A DNA stretch of 64,000 bases from an uncultured Candidatus Rokubacteria bacterium. Lineage in GTDB: Bacteria > Methylomirabilota > Methylomirabilia > Rokubacteriales > CSP1-6. Below, in pieces: positions 46,817 to 58,585 of this stretch. The first letter of the stretch is position 1; every line of letters begins with the position of its first letter. A program made the translations under genes and the position numbers. Location of the stretch: assembly GCA_963758635.1 (NCBI GenBank), contig CAVWWD010000008.1, positions 576,001 through 640,000 on the forward strand, written 5' to 3'. A model generated the notes under the pieces. It saw only the letters and a program-made list of their open reading frames with translations, was not told where the DNA came from and did not search any database.

Positions 46817-49270
46817 TCAGGCGCGGATGCGCGCCCCCGGCGGATCGTGGAGGACGTCGGGCGCCACCTCGGCGGCGAGGCGCGCGCCGAACACCTCCAC
46901 CGCGAGCGCGGTGCCACGGCGGGCGAGGCCGGGGGGCAGGTAGACGAGGCCGATGTTCCGTCCGATCGTGTAGCCCCATCCGCCGCTGCGGAGCCGTCCC
47001 ACCAGCTCCCCGCCCGCGTACACCGCCTCGCCCCCGTAGAGCACGGTCTCGCTCCCGCCCTCGCCGAGCGTGATCGTGCAGAGCCGGCGCGAGAGGCCCC
47101 GGGCCCGGGCCTCGACGAGGGCCGCGCGGCCGATGAACTCGCCCTTGTCGAGCTTCACGCAGAAGCCGAGCCCGGCCTCGTAGGGGTTCTCGGCCGGCGT
47201 GATGTCCGAGCTCCAGTAGCGGTAGCCCTTCTCGAGCCGAAGGGAGTCGAGAGCCTTGTACCCCACGGGGCGCGCGCCGACGGCGCGCCCGGCCTCGAGG
47301 AGCCTCGTCCAGGCGGCGAGCGCGTCGCCGGGCGCCAGGTAGATCTCCCAGCCCAGCTCGCCGACGTAGGTCACGCGCTGGGCCCACGCGGCGGCGCCCG
47401 CGAGGTCGATGGGCCGGCCGCTCATGTAGGGCAGGCCCGCGTTCGAGAGGTCGCTCGCGGACACCGCGCCCAGGACCCGGCGGGCCTCCGGCCCCCAGAG
47501 CCCGATCACCGCCCACTCGTCCGTCACCTCGCGCACGGCGACCGAGCCGTCGGAAGGCAGGTGCATGCGCATCCAGCCGAGATCGCTCGGCACGAACGCG
47601 CTCCCCGTCACCACGCGGAACCGGTCGGGGGCGAGGCGGGTGACGGTGAGATCGCTCTCGATGCCGCCCCGGGCGTTCAGGAGCTGCGTGTAGACGACGC
47701 TGCCGGGCGGACGGTCCACGTCGTTGTCGGCGAGCCGCTGGAGGAAGGCCGCCGCGCCCGGGCCGGTGACCTCGATCTTGCCGAACAACGTCATGTCGAT
47801 GAGCCCGGCGCGCTCGCGGACGGCGGCGTGCTCGGCCCCGACCGCCTCGAAGAACGCGGGCCGCCGCCAGCCCCACCGCCGCTGGTCCGCGCCGAGGCGC
47901 CGGCCCGCCGTGCCCGGCTCGAAGTAGCTCGCGCGCTCCCAGCCGTTCTTCTCGCCGAAGGCGGCGCCGAGCCCGGCGAGGGCGCCGTCCAGCGGAGACA
48001 GGCGCCGGCCTCGCGCCCACTCGTTCTCGTCGTGCGGATAGCGCAGCGTGTAGTAGTACTTGTACGACTCGCGAGCCCGCTCCGCGGCGTACGCGGGGTC
48101 GTCGTACGTCGGCCCGAAGCGCCGCACGTTCATCTCCGTCACGTCGTAGGGCGGCTCGCCGTCGACCAGCCAGGTGGCCACGATGTCGCCGATGGCGCCG
48201 CCCGCGCCGAACCCGGTGTGCGACAGCCCCGCCGCCACCCAGAAGCCGGGGACGCCGGGTAGGGGGCCGAGCAGCGGCCGGCTGTCCGGCGTGATGCCCT
48301 CGGGGCCGTTCACCAGGTGCGCGGCCTCGGCTTGGGCGAGCACGGGCACGCGGCGGATCGCGCCGTCCAGGATCGGCTGGAACAGCTCCCAGTCCGGCGG
48401 CAGGAGCCGCTGCGTGAAGTCCCAGGGGACGCCGTCGACGGCCCACGCGACCGGGCTCTGCTCGAACCCGCCGATGAGGAAGCCGCCCACCTCCTCCCGC
48501 ATGTACACGAGGTTCTCCGGGTCGCGCAGGCACGGCGTGTCGCGCGGCAGCTCGTGACCGGGGATCGGCTTGGTGGCCAGGTGCTGGTGGACGAGCGGGA
48601 TGATGGGCAGCCGCGCGCCGACCATGGCCGCGAGCTGGGGGGCCCACATGCCGGCGGCGTTGATCACGATCGGCGTGGCGATGCGTCCCTCGCCGGTCAC
48701 CACGCCGCTGACCGCGCCGCGAGCGTCGCGGTCGATTCCCGTCACCCGCACGCCGGTGTGGACGGAGACCCCGAGGCGGCGCGCGCGCGCCGCCAGCTCC
48801 ATGGTCGCGCCGCTCGGGTCGATGTAGCCGTCGCCGGGCAGCGACATCGCGCCGTGCAGGCCCTCGGCGGACATGAGCGGAAAGAGGCGGAGCGCCTCGG
48901 CGGGCGACACCGTGCCCACGTCGAGGCCGATAGCCCGCGCCATGCCGACCTGGCGCTCGAGGAACCGGAGCTGGTCGGCGCTCGAGGCCACCCGCAGGCT
49001 TCCCACCTCGTGCCAGTGCCGGGGGGCGTCGGGCGCCGCGGCGAGGCGACGGTAGAGGGCGATGCTGTACTGCCGCATGCGCATGATGGTGGGCGACGTG
49101 TGGAAGTGGGTGACCATGCCCGCGGCGTGCCACGTGGTCCCGCTGGTGAGCTCGCCCTTGTCGAGCAGGGCCACGTCGGTCCATCCGCGCTGGGCCAGGT
49201 GGTACGCGATGCTGCACCCCGCGATGCCGCCGCCGACGATCACCACGCGCGCGTGGGAGGGAAGCGCCAC
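46817..49270 (-). CDS. GcvT-family FAD oxidoreductase (dimethylglycine/sarcosine dehydrogenase-like)
   Basis: VVIVGGGIAG, SGTTWHAAG, YVGELGWE, SLRLEKGY motifs. Confidence 0.92.
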   Translation of the reverse strand: MALPSHARVVIVGGGIAGCSIAYHLAQRGWTDVALLDKGELTSGTTWHAAGMVTHFHTSPTIMRMRQYSIALYRRLAAAPDAPRHWHEVGSLRVASSADQLRFLERQVGMARAIGLDVGTVSPAEALRLFPLMSAEGLHGAMSLPGDGYIDPSGATMELAARARRLGVSVHTGVRVTGIDRDARGAVSGVVTGEGRIATPIVINAAGMWAPQLAAMVGARLPIIPLVHQHLATKPIPGHELPRDTPCLRDPENLVYMREEVGGFLIGGFEQSPVAWAVDGVPWDFTQRLLPPDWELFQPILDGAIRRVPVLAQAEAAHLVNGPEGITPDSRPLLGPLPGVPGFWVAAGLSHTGFGAGGAIGDIVATWLVDGEPPYDVTEMNVRRFGPTYDDPAYAAERARESYKYYYTLRYPHDENEWARGRRLSPLDGALAGLGAAFGEKNGWERASYFEPGTAGRRLGADQRRWGWRRPAFFEAVGAEHAAVRERAGLIDMTLFGKIEVTGPGAAAFLQRLADNDVDRPPGSVVYTQLLNARGGIESDLTVTRLAPDRFRVVTGSAFVPSDLGWMRMHLPSDGSVAVREVTDEWAVIGLWGPEARRVLGAVSASDLSNAGLPYMSGRPIDLAGAAAWAQRVTYVGELGWEIYLAPGDALAAWTRLLEAGRAVGARPVGYKALDSLRLEKGYRYWSSDITPAENPYEAGLGFCVKLDKGEFIGRAALVEARARGLSRRLCTITLGEGGSETVLYGGEAVYAGGELVGRLRSGGWGYTIGRNIGLVYLPPGLARRGTALAVEVFGARLAAEVAPDVLHDPPGARIRA

Positions 49271-49333
49271 GGCCGTAGAGTATGGCACACTGTGGCGGCC
49301 GCTCGCGGGACGTGAGGCGGCAGGAGAGGGCGA

Positions 49334-49645
49334 ATGGAGTCACCGGCCGTGGACGTCCGTCACTATCGTGGCCGCTTCTTCACGGTCCTCCAGCAGACGG
49401 AGCGCAGCCAGACCGCCGTCATGACCGTGGAGCCCGGCGCCGACGGCGGGCCCGAGGAGACGCACGCCGGCGACCAGGTCGTGTACGTGATCGAGGGCGA
49501 CGCCGTGCTCCGCATCGCCGGCGCCGAGCACCGCGCGGGCCCGGGGACGTGCGTGATGATCCCCGCGGGCACCCGTCACCACGTCAAGAACGCCGGCGCG
49601 AGCCCGCTGTTCTTCCTGAGCGTGTACTCGCCGCCCGCGTACTGA
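49334..49645 (+). CDS. Cupin domain protein
   Basis: ETH..DQ..YV.EG and IPAG..H motifs. Confidence 0.88.
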   Translation: MESPAVDVRHYRGRFFTVLQQTERSQTAVMTVEPGADGGPEETHAGDQVVYVIEGDAVLRIAGAEHRAGPGTCVMIPAGTRHHVKNAGASPLFFLSVYSPPAY

Positions 49646-50376
49646 TGGCGACCGGCCCGATCGCCCTCGTCACCGGCGCCGCCCGCGGCATCGGCCTCGC
49701 CATCGCCTCCCGCCTCGCCGCCGACGGGGCGCGCGTGGCGCTCCTCGACGTGGACGCCGCCGTGGAGGCCGCGGCCGCGCAGGTGCGCGGGGAGACGATG
49801 GCCATCGCCGCCGACGTGACCCGCGGCGCCGACGTCGAGCGCGCGGTGTCCCAGGTCGTGGCGCGCTGGGGCCGCCTCAACGTCCTCGTGAACAACGCGG
49901 GCATCACCGGCCGGTCCTTCCCGATCTGGGAGCTGGAGGAGGACGACTGGCGCCGCGTGATCGAGGCGGACCTGACCAGCGTCTTCCTCTGCTGCCGCGC
50001 CGCGGTGAAGGTGATGCTCGCCCAGGGCGCGGGCCGCATCGTCAACATCGCGTCGATCGCCGGCAAGGAGGGCAACCCCACGCTCGTGCCGTACTCGTCG
50101 GCGAAGGCCGGCGTCATCGGGCTCACGAAGGCGCTGGCCAAGGAGGTGGCGACGCGCGGGATCCTGGTCAACGCGGTGGCGCCCGCCGTCATCGCCACGG
50201 ATCTCCTGAAGCAGATGGAGCCGTCCACCGTCGACCTCCTGGTCTCGAAGATCCCCATGGGCCGCGTGGGGACGCCCGAGGAGGTGGCCGCCCTCGTCGC
50301 CTGGCTCGCCTCCGACGAGTGCTCATTCAGCACCGGCGCCGTCTACGACCTGTCCGGCGGCCGCGCCACCTACTAG
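49645..50376 (+). CDS. Short-chain dehydrogenase/reductase
   Basis: TGAARGIG, NNAGITG, YSSAK, DLSGGRATY motifs. Confidence 0.92.
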   Translation: MATGPIALVTGAARGIGLAIASRLAADGARVALLDVDAAVEAAAAQVRGETMAIAADVTRGADVERAVSQVVARWGRLNVLVNNAGITGRSFPIWELEEDDWRRVIEADLTSVFLCCRAAVKVMLAQGAGRIVNIASIAGKEGNPTLVPYSSAKAGVIGLTKALAKEVATRGILVNAVAPAVIATDLLKQMEPSTVDLLVSKIPMGRVGTPEEVAALVAWLASDECSFSTGAVYDLSGGRATY

Positions 50377-50394
50377 CCCGCAGCCGAGGACGCC

Positions 50395-51402
50395 ATGCGC
50401 ATCGACCTGCACACGCACATCGTGCCCGACCAGTGGGAGGACTGGGCCTCGCGCTACGGGGGCGGTCAGTGGCCCCGCCTCGTGCCCCAGGAGGGTTGCC
50501 GGGCCAACATCATGACCGGCGACAAGTTCTTCCGCGCCGTGGACGACCGGTCGTGGAGCCCGGAGCGGCGCATCGAGGACATGGACCGGCTCGGCATCGA
50601 CCGCCAGGCCCTGTCGCCGCCGCCCGTGATGTTCTGCTACTGGTCGCAGGCCCGCGCGGGTCAGGCGTTCTGCCGCATGCAGAACGAGTACGTGGCCTCC
50701 GTGGTGGCGCGGCATCCGACGCGGTTCGTCGGCATGGCCACGGTGCCTCTCCAGGATCCTGCCCTCGCCATCGAGGAGCTGCGGGCGGCGCGCGAGCGCC
50801 TCGGCCTTCGCGCGGTGGAGATCGGCACGTGCCCGGCGGGCCGCGACTTCGACGACCCGCTGCTCTTCCCGTTCTTCGAGGCGTGCCGGGACCTCGGCAT
50901 GGCCGTGTTCGTCCATCCCGCCGTGCCGCTGGCCGGCCAGGAGCGGCTCACGCAGTACTACTTCCCGCTCATCGTGGGCAATCCGCTCGAGACCGCGCTC
51001 GCGATCTCCAAGCTGATCTACGGCGCGGTCATGGAGCGCCTGCCCGACCTGCGCATCTGCTTCGCCCACGGCGGCGGCGCGTTCCCGTTCACGCTCGGCC
51101 GCCTCGACTACGGCTGGTCGGTCCGGCCGGAGGGGCCGGCGTCGATCCCGAAGCCCCCGCGCGAGTATGCGCGCCGGCTCTTCTTCGACTCGCTGTCCCA
51201 CGGGCCCGGGAATCTGAAGTTCATCGTCTCCGAGTTCGGCGCCGACCGCGTGATGATGGGCAGCGACTACCCGTTCGACATGGGCGCGCCCGATCCCGTC
51301 GCCTTCGTCGGCGAGGCGGGACTGGACGCGGACGCGCGGGCCGCCATCGAGGGCGGCACCGCCGAGCGTTTTCTGGCCAGTGAGCCCCGCGCATCAGACT
51401 AA
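50395..51402 (+). CDS. Amidohydrolase_2 family (ACMSD-like decarboxylase)
   Basis: IDLHTH, FVHP, HGGG, GSDYPF motifs. Confidence 0.9.
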   Translation: MRIDLHTHIVPDQWEDWASRYGGGQWPRLVPQEGCRANIMTGDKFFRAVDDRSWSPERRIEDMDRLGIDRQALSPPPVMFCYWSQARAGQAFCRMQNEYVASVVARHPTRFVGMATVPLQDPALAIEELRAARERLGLRAVEIGTCPAGRDFDDPLLFPFFEACRDLGMAVFVHPAVPLAGQERLTQYYFPLIVGNPLETALAISKLIYGAVMERLPDLRICFAHGGGAFPFTLGRLDYGWSVRPEGPASIPKPPREYARRLFFDSLSHGPGNLKFIVSEFGADRVMMGSDYPFDMGAPDPVAFVGEAGLDADARAAIEGGTAERFLASEPRASD

Positions 51403-51451
51403 TGCCGAGCGGTGGGACTGTAGAGGCCCGTCGCGGTTAGCGTATTCTGCG
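51381..51451 (+). repeat. Dispersed 71-bp repeat, family B copy 2
   Basis: Matches the reverse complement of 9955-10025. Confidence 0.9.
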
Positions 51452-51492
51452 AGAGTTGCCAGCTGACCGGTTCTTCGCGAAAGGAGCATCGC

Positions 51493-52514
51493 ATGCGCCT
51501 GGGCCGTCTCGTCCTCGCCGTCGCCCTCGTCCTCGGAGGCGCCGCCGCCGCGCTCGCGCAGGAGGCGTACCCGTCGCGCGCGGTCACCATCGTGGCGCCG
51601 TTTCCCCCGGCGGCGTGGCCGATCTGACGGCGCGGCCCGTCGCCGCCTCGCTCGAGCGGCACTTCAAGCAGCCGGTGGTCGTGGTCAACAAGACGGGGGC
51701 GGCGGGGGCGGTCGGCATGCAGTTCGTGGCCACGAGCAAGCCCGACGGCTACACGCTCTTGCTCGCGCTGTCGAGCATCTCGATCATCCCGGAGGCCGAC
51801 AAGCTCTTCGGACGGCAGCCCGCGTACACCGTCGATCAGCTCGTGCCGATCGCGCTGGTCTCCGCCGATCCCACCGTGCTCGTCGTCCGGGCGGAGAGCC
51901 CCTGGAAGACCGCGAAGGAGTTCATCGACGACGCGCGGAAGCGTCCGAACGAGATCTCCTACAGCTCCTCCGGGATCTACGGCACGCTCCACATGGCGAT
52001 GGAGCTCCTGTCGCACGCCGCGAACGTCAAGCTCCGCCACGTGCCGCATGCGGGCGCCGCGCCCGCGCTCACCGCCATCCTGGGCGGCCACGTCGACGCG
52101 CTCGCCTCCGGCCCCGCGGTGGTGCTGCCGCACGTCAAGTCCGGGAAGCTCCGCGCGCTCGCCGGCTGGGGCGACAAGCGCGTCGCCGCGCTGCCCGACG
52201 TGCCCACGTTCAAGGAGCTCGGCTATCCCGACGCCGAGTTCTACATCTGGGCCGGCCTCTTCGCGCCGCGCGGCACCCCGGAGCCGGTGCTGGCGAAGCT
52301 CCGCGACGGGATGCGCGTGGCCGTTGCCGATCCCGAGTTCAAGGGCGCGATGGACAAGCTCCAGACGCCCGTCACGTTCAAGCAGGGCGCGGAGTTCCAG
52401 GCCTTCTTCGACGCTGACGCCCGCCGCCTCGCCGACGGCGTCCGCAAGGTCGGGAAGGTGGAGGAGAAAACGGTAGACGGCGAGCCGAGCCGTAGGCGAG
52501 GCGAGCGCACATGA
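51493..52514 (+). CDS. Bug/TctC tripartite tricarboxylate transporter substrate-binding protein (frameshift near 51603; true stop may be 52476)
   Basis: YPSRAVTIV, PGGVAD, NKTGAAG, PDGYTLL, PDVPT motifs. Confidence 0.9.
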
Positions 52515-52535
52515 AAATGCCGTGGAGCCGACCGC
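52480..52535. repeat. Family A repeat, single copy
   Basis: GCGAGCCGAGCCGTAGGCGAGGCGAGCGCACATGAAAATGCCGTGGAGCCGACCGC. Confidence 0.8.
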
Positions 52536-52644
52536 GGCCCGCCGGAGGCGCGAGGCGACGTCTGAACCGAGGAGGAGTGTGCCCGGAGGCCCGACCCCAC
52601 AACCGATGGTAGGCGCGCCACACATGCGCTAAGATCTCCGCGAA

Positions 52645-54002
52645 ATGAGCCACGAGCCCGAGCGCGCCTACGCGTACGATGCGGCTGTCGCCGACCGGAT
52701 CAAGGAGCGCATTCTTCAGTCGCTGGGTGAGCGAGTCATGCTCACCTGGGTGGGCAAGTACGGGCTCTCCCAGAGGGATCCGCGACGGGATCCTCAAGGA
52801 CGTGTCGGGGAACATCCAAGCCTTCGACTTCGCGGGCCGGACCGATGCCTACGTCGCGCATGTCATCGAGGACTTCTTCCACGACCACGGCGACACGCGC
52901 CTGCCCGACGGCGCGCCGCCGGCTCGCCATCTACTTCCCGCAGATGGACGACCTCGAGGCCGCTCGACCCGCGATCGACGCGGCCCTGGTGAGGGTGGGG
53001 CAGAACCCCACTGTGTGCCTGCGCAACACGTCCGAGTCGCCGAAGGAAGAGGTGGACGCCTTCAACCGACTGAACGACCCGCTGAGCCCCCACCGGGTCA
53101 TCCTGCTCGTCAACAAGGGCACGGAGGGCTGGAACTGCCCGAGCCTCTTCGCGTGCGCGCTCGCCCGGAAGCCTCCGCAGCAGCAACAACTTCGTGCTGC
53201 AGGCGGCCACGCGCTGCCTGCGCCAGGTGCCGGGCAACGCGCGCAAGGCGCGCATCTACCTGTCCCAGGAGAATCGCGCCGTGCTGGATCGCCAGCTCCA
53301 CGAGACCTATGGCGAGACGATCGCTGACTTGGACCGGAGCGTGCGCGAGCTGCGGTCCGCCCGGCTGGTGCTCCGGAAGGTGCAGCCTGCCGCCCGTCAC
53401 GCTGACGAGGCTCGTCAGGACGGTCGAGCCCGCCGTGGGGGTCCGACGCTCCGCTGAGGCTGGAGCGCGTGGCCGGGTCCGGCGCGCCGGCACTGGGGAT
53501 GGCCGTGCTCGACATCGTGGAGCACCCGGGGCGGCGCGCGCTGCTCCGGCAGGTCGGCGAGACCGTCACCATCGAGACGGAGGAGGCGACCGTCGGGCGC
53601 TACGAGGCGGCCGTGGCCCTGGCTGCGGGCGGCCACGCGGACCTCTGGGCCGTCTACGACGAGCTGGGTCGCCTCTACCCGGTGAAGACGTGCCGCAGAC
53701 GGACCTGTCCGGCGCTCGCCTCTCAGATCGCGGAGCAGGCGCGCCGCTACAGGGTGCGAGAAGAGGAGAGTCGAGTGGGCGCTGGCCCTCGTGCGGCCCG
53801 AGGGCTTCACCAGGGGCAGGGACGCGAGCAGGCGCCGACGTGTACACAGCCGAGATCGCCTATCCGAAAGACCGGGAGCACCTGTTGCTCCGTCGCGCCG
53901 GCGTGGGCGAGAACCCCGGGGACTTCGGCTTCCACTACGATTCCGTACAACTTCGACTCCGTGCCGGAGCGCGACTTCTTCGAGATGGTCCTCCGAGCCT
54001 GA
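52645..54002 (+). pseudogene. Fragmented type III restriction (Res-like) helicase remnant
   Basis: RVILLVNKGTEGWNCPSLF, NFVLQAATRCLR (helicase motifs V/VI), PYNFDS..E spread over several frames; no N-terminal helicase motifs. Confidence 0.6.
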
Positions 54003-54035
54003 ACGAGGACCGCGGAGGACGTTGAGGACGACGGA

Positions 54036-54794
54036 GTGGAAGGGGAGGGGCGTTCGCCCGAGCCGGCGCAGCTCTCGTTCGCGGTGTATCGCGTCAACGA
54101 CTACGACCTGGCGATCCAGCACCTCGAAGCCGTGGAGCTCGCCTGCGAGCACATCGGGGTGACGCGCACGCGCAGCGACCAGTACTTCGACGGCACGCTC
54201 GGCAGGAAGCTGGTGAAGATCGTGCCCTTCAACCATCCGCTGACGCTCCTGGACCTGGAGGAGGTCAAGCGGGAGCTGGGGGCACGGCCGGGCGAGGACC
54301 GGGGGGTCGTGATGGTGTGCCTCGGCAAGGAGCCGGCCGCGGACGGCTGGATCGAGGACTGGAACCGGCTCCGTCGTGGCAAGGACGCGGTGAACCGCAT
54401 CGAGGCGATCGAGCTGCGCACCGATCCGAAGTACGGCAAGCTCTTCCAGCACCAGCCGGCGCGCGCGCGGGTCAAGGTCGCCCGCAAGGGCGGCGCCCTC
54501 AGCGTGGAGATCCAGGACTTCATCTCGCCCAGCGTCATCGAGCGCCTCCAGGGCGACGCCGGGCTCCTCCAGCCGAAGGTCGACGACTGGCGGGCGATGG
54601 TGGACTGCGTGCTCATCGACCCGGACTACGACGGCAAAGTCTTCCGCGTCGCGCTCTCCGACGTGCCCGAGCGGAAGTCCGATCTCGTCTCGGGCCGATA
54701 CGAGCTGCCCGTAGAGCCTGGGCCTCGGACGGTGGCGGTGAAGCTCGTCGACATGCTCGGCGAAGAGGTCTTGACGACGCACAGGCTGGAATGA
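54036..54794 (+). pseudogene. C-terminal part of a type III-like DNA methyltransferase (Mod)
   Basis: W..MVD.V.ID.DYDG..F and VAVK.VD..G tail typical of Mod proteins; no DPPY/FxGxG motifs. Confidence 0.55.
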
Positions 54795-57700
54795 CGGAGA
54801 CTGAGCCCATGACTCGACGAAGCCGCTGGGAAGACGTGCGCCGCCGGATCGGCCGGGATGTTCCCGTGGAACCCGACGAACCCTGGGACGACGACGAGGC
54901 CGAATGGGACGACGCCGTCAACGCATTCGCGCTTCCGCCTGCGCCAGGCCGAAGCCTGCCGGGACCCTCGATGACGTGGCGAGAGCGCCTCAGCAGCGTC
55001 GACGCGGCGATGCAGGCGCCCGCGGACGTCCCGGGGCGAGCGTGGCCGCCCGGCCGCGAGATCCTGTACGTGATCGACGGCCCGGGAAGCGCGGCGGCGG
55101 GCGGGGTGATCCTCTCCACGGTGTATCGCGAGCGCCGGAAGGACGGAAGCTGGACGCGCCCCAAGCCCGCGAGCGTCGACGGGCAGCGGGCGCAGGTCCT
55201 GCCCGACCCCGCCGATCGGCGCATCTTCGGTCTTCTGCAAGGCGCGGCCAGCCCTTACGGCTCGCCGTCCGCCTACCTCCCCTATGCAACGGGGGCGGGC
55301 CGGTACGTTCTGTCGCCCGGGACCTTGGACACGCTCGTCCCCCTCGTCTGCGCCACCGGCCGGGGACGCGTCCAGACGGCGCCCCACCAGGAGGACTGGC
55401 CCGTCCTCCGGTGGGAGGACGCCGAGCCGTGGGTCTTCTGGATCGACGTGGCGGACGTCCCGGGAGCGGCCGCTTACGTGGTCACCGGTTCGCTGCGGCG
55501 TGGGGACGATCGCATGGACCTGAGCGAGCCGGTCCTGGTCGCGGCCGGCGGCATCGTGCTGGTCGGCGACCAGGCGGCTCGACTGGATGACGGCGGCGCC
55601 TTTCCGTGGATCGCGCATCTGCGGCAGCTCGGCCCGATCCGCGTGCCGCGGCGCCAGGGCGGGGAGTTGCTCGGGCGTCTCGTGCAGCTCGCGCACGTTC
55701 AGCGCATCGAGCTGCCGGAGGCGCTGCGCTTCGACGAGGTCGCCGTCGCTCCGCGGGTGCGCCTGGCCATCCGCCCCGGGCCGCGCGAATGGGGTCCGAC
55801 GCGGCTCCTGGGCGAGCTGTCCTTCGAGTACGCGGGATCGATCGCCCCGCATCGCAGCCCGGGTGGGCCGTGCTCGATGAGAGTGGCCGGCGTCTGTTGC
55901 GACGGGATGAGGGTGCGGAGCAGACCGCGAGCCGTCGCCTCGGAAGCCTCGGCTTCAAGTCCCGGAGCTTCTGGGGCCGCGAGGGCTACCAGAAGGCGCT
56001 CGACCTGCCACCGCGGAGTCTTCCGCGGGCCGTCGCGCAGCTCGTCCGCGAGGGCTGGCACGTGGAGGCCGAGGGCAAGCTCTACCGGCAGCCGGGCGCG
56101 GTCAGCATCGAGGTCACCTCGGGCGTGGACTGGTTCGAGCTGCACGGGTCGATCGCGTTCGGCGACACGGTGGCGCGGCTGCCCGAGCTGCTCGCGTCGC
56201 TCAGGAGAGGCGAGGGCACCGTGCTCCTCGGCGACGGAACCTACGGCGTCCTGCCCGAGGCGTGGCTCAGGCGATACGGTATGCTCGCCGGCCTCGGCGC
56301 CGCGGCCGGGGATCACGTGCGCTTCGGGCGGAGCCAGGTGGGCTTGCTCGACGCCCTGCTGTCGGCCCTGCCCGAGGCGAGCTGCGACGCCACGCTCGCG
56401 CGGGCCCGCGAGGAGCTGCGGCGCTTCGAGCGGATCGAGCCGAGCGATCCGCCGGGCGCATTTGCCGGCCGGTTGCGCGAGTACCAGCGGGACGGTCTCG
56501 GGTGGCTCCACTTCCTCCGCCGGTTCGGGTTCGGCGGGTGCCTCGCCGACGACATGGGGCTCGGCAAGACGGTGCAGGTGCTCGCCCTGCTCGAGGCGCG
56601 CCGGGAGGAGCGGGAGCGCGACGGAGGAGGGGCGGCGGCCGTCGCTCGTGGTGGTCCCCAAGTCTCTGGTGTTCAACTGGAAGCAGGAAGCGGCCCGGTT
56701 CACCCCGAAGCTGACCCTGCTCGACCACACCGGGGCCGGCCGCGCCCAACCGGGCGAGCACTTCGAGGACCACGACCTCGTGGTCACGACCTACGGGACG
56801 CTTCGCCGGGACGCGCTCGCCTTCAAGGACCGGCGCTTCGACTACGTCATCCTCGACGAGGCGCAGGCCATCAAGAACGCGGGGACGGAGTCGGCCAAGG
56901 CGGCGCGGCTCCTCGCCGCCGACCACCGGCTGGCGCTGAGCGGGACGCCCGTGCAGAACCACCTGGGCGAGCTGTGGAGCCTGTTCGAGTTCCTGAACCC
57001 GGGAATGCTGGGCTCCGCCGCGGCGTTCGGGCCGAGCGCGACCCGCGCGGCCGACGAGGACGCCCGCGGGCTCCTCGCCCGCGCGGTGCGACCTTTCGTC
57101 CTGCGCCGCACCAAGGAGCAGGTGGCGCGTGACCTTCCCGCCCGTACGGAGCAGACGATCCTGTGCGAGATGGACCCGGCGCAGCGCCGCCTCTACGACG
57201 AGCTGCGGGACCACTACCGGGCGTCGCTGCTCGGCCGCATCGCGCGGGACGGGCTGGGGCGGGCGAAGATCCAGATCCTGGAGGCGTTGCTGCGGCTGCG
57301 TCAGGCTGCGCTGCACCCGGGCCTGCTGGACCGCGCCCGCCGCGGCGAGTCCAGCGCCAAGCTCGACGCGCTCCTGCCCCAGCTCGCCGAGGTGCGGGAG
57401 GAGGGGCACAAGGCCCTGGTCTTCTCCCAGTTCACGAGCCTGCTCGACATCGTGCGGGCCCGGCTGGACGTGGCGGGCGTCCGCTACGAGTACCTGGACG
57501 GCAAGACGCGGGATCGCGCGGCGCGGGTTGAGCGCTTCCAGGGCGATCCGGAATGCCTGCTCTTTCTCGTGAGCCTCAAGGCGGGCGGGCTCGGGCTCAA
57601 CCTGACCGCGGCGGAGTACGTGTTCCTGCTCGACCCGTGGTGGAATCCGGCGGTCGAGGCGCAGGCGATCGACCGGACGCACCGGATCGGCCAGACCCGC

Positions 57701-57859
57701 CCCGTGTTCGCGTACCGCCTCATCGCCCGGGACACCGTGGAAGAGAAGATCCTCGAGCTGCAACAGACCAAGCGCGCCCTCGCGGAATCGATCATCGCGG
57801 CGGACGACGGCCTGATCCGGACGCTGTCACGGGAGGACCTCGAGCTGCTGCTCTCCTGA
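54791..57859 (+). CDS. SNF2-family helicase (two frameshifts, near 55860 and 56620)
   Basis: [45 protein letters not shown] motifs. Confidence 0.92.
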   Translation: MTETEPMTRRSRWEDVRRRIGRDVPVEPDEPWDDDEAEWDDAVNAFALPPAPGRSLPGPSMTWRERLSSVDAAMQAPADVPGRAWPPGREILYVIDGPGSAAAGGVILSTVYRERRKDGSWTRPKPASVDGQRAQVLPDPADRRIFGLLQGAASPYGSPSAYLPYATGAGRYVLSPGTLDTLVPLVCATGRGRVQTAPHQEDWPVLRWEDAEPWVFWIDVADVPGAAAYVVTGSLRRGDDRMDLSEPVLVAAGGIVLVGDQAARLDDGGAFPWIAHLRQLGPIRVPRRQGGELLGRLVQLAHVQRIELPEALRFDEVAVAPRVRLAIRPGPREWGPTRLLGELSFEYAGSIAPHRSPGGPCSMRVAGVCCDGMRVRSRPRAVASEASASSPGASGAARATRRRSTCHRGVFRGPSRSSSARAGTWRPRASSTGSRARSASRSPRAWTGSSCTGRSRSATRWRGCPSCSRRSGEARAPCSSATEPTASCPRRGSGDTVCSPASAPRPGITCASGGARWACSTPCCRPCPRRAATPRSRGPARSCGASSGSSRAIRRAHLPAGCASTSGTVSGGSTSSAGSGSAGASPTTWGSARRCRCSPCSRRAGRSGSATEEGRRPSLVVVPKSLVFNWKQEAARFTPKLTLLDHTGAGRAQPGEHFEDHDLVVTTYGTLRRDALAFKDRRFDYVILDEAQAIKNAGTESAKAARLLAADHRLALSGTPVQNHLGELWSLFEFLNPGMLGSAAAFGPSATRAADEDARGLLARAVRPFVLRRTKEQVARDLPARTEQTILCEMDPAQRRLYDELRDHYRASLLGRIARDGLGRAKIQILEALLRLRQAALHPGLLDRARRGESSAKLDALLPQLAEVREEGHKALVFSQFTSLLDIVRARLDVAGVRYEYLDGKTRDRAARVERFQGDPECLLFLVSLKAGGLGLNLTAAEYVFLLDPWWNPAVEAQAIDRTHRIGQTRPVFAYRLIARDTVEEKILELQQTKRALAESIIAADDGLIRTLSREDLELLLS

Positions 57860-57894
57860 CCCTCCCGGGACGAGGACGCGAGAGACGGAAGCCC

Positions 57895-58438
57895 TCAGAT
57901 GCGGATGCCCAACCGGAGGGCGGCGGCGAGGAGCGCCACCTTCGAGACCGACTCGGTAATCCGGTCGTCCAGCGCCATCAGGACCGCCTCCCGGAAGGGC
58001 ACGATGCGACGCTCGAAGAACTCGTCGTCGTCCGCGGGGAGGGGGTCGGCGGCGAGGTCCTCAGCCAGATAGCAGAACGCCTCCTCGTCCAGATACGCGT
58101 TCGACGGATGGAACCGCGTCAGAAACGTGAGCCTCCCGGCGCGGTACCCGCCCTCTTCGCGGAGCTCGCGCTGCGCCGCCGCCTCGGGGGTCTCGCCCCC
58201 TTGACCGCCGCCGCCGGGCAGCTCCCAGGACTCGGCGCGCGCGAGGTGCCGGAACTGGCGCACGAGCACCACGCGCTCGGCGTCGACGAACGGCACGACC
58301 CCGACCGTCATGCCGACGTGCAGCACGGGATAGGTGCGCTCGCCGCCTCCGGGCAGGCGCCAGAACGTCCTCGCGCAGCGTGAGCTTGCCCATCTCGCGG
58401 ACGGCGGTCGATCGCAGGTGCGTCCAGGTCCCGGACAT
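57895..58438 (-). CDS. NUDIX hydrolase (ADP-ribose pyrophosphatase-like; frameshift near 58375)
   Basis: ELPGG…E…AAQRELREEGG Nudix box. Confidence 0.88.
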
Positions 58439-58585
58439 GGCGGATCCTCCTCTACGAGGTTGTGAAGCAATCCGCACCTCGGCTTCAGCGAGCGGGCCAA
58501 CACCGCGATGCTGCGGACATACGGGGTGCCACCTCGCCATTCGTTCACGATCTCGGCGCGGAGCTTACGTGATATCGTACCGGCG

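Noticed and set aside
52477..52514. TctC C-terminus extended by repeat A
   Set aside because: One fewer A in the GAGAAAA run gives a normal stop at 52476, so a homopolymer error is likelier.
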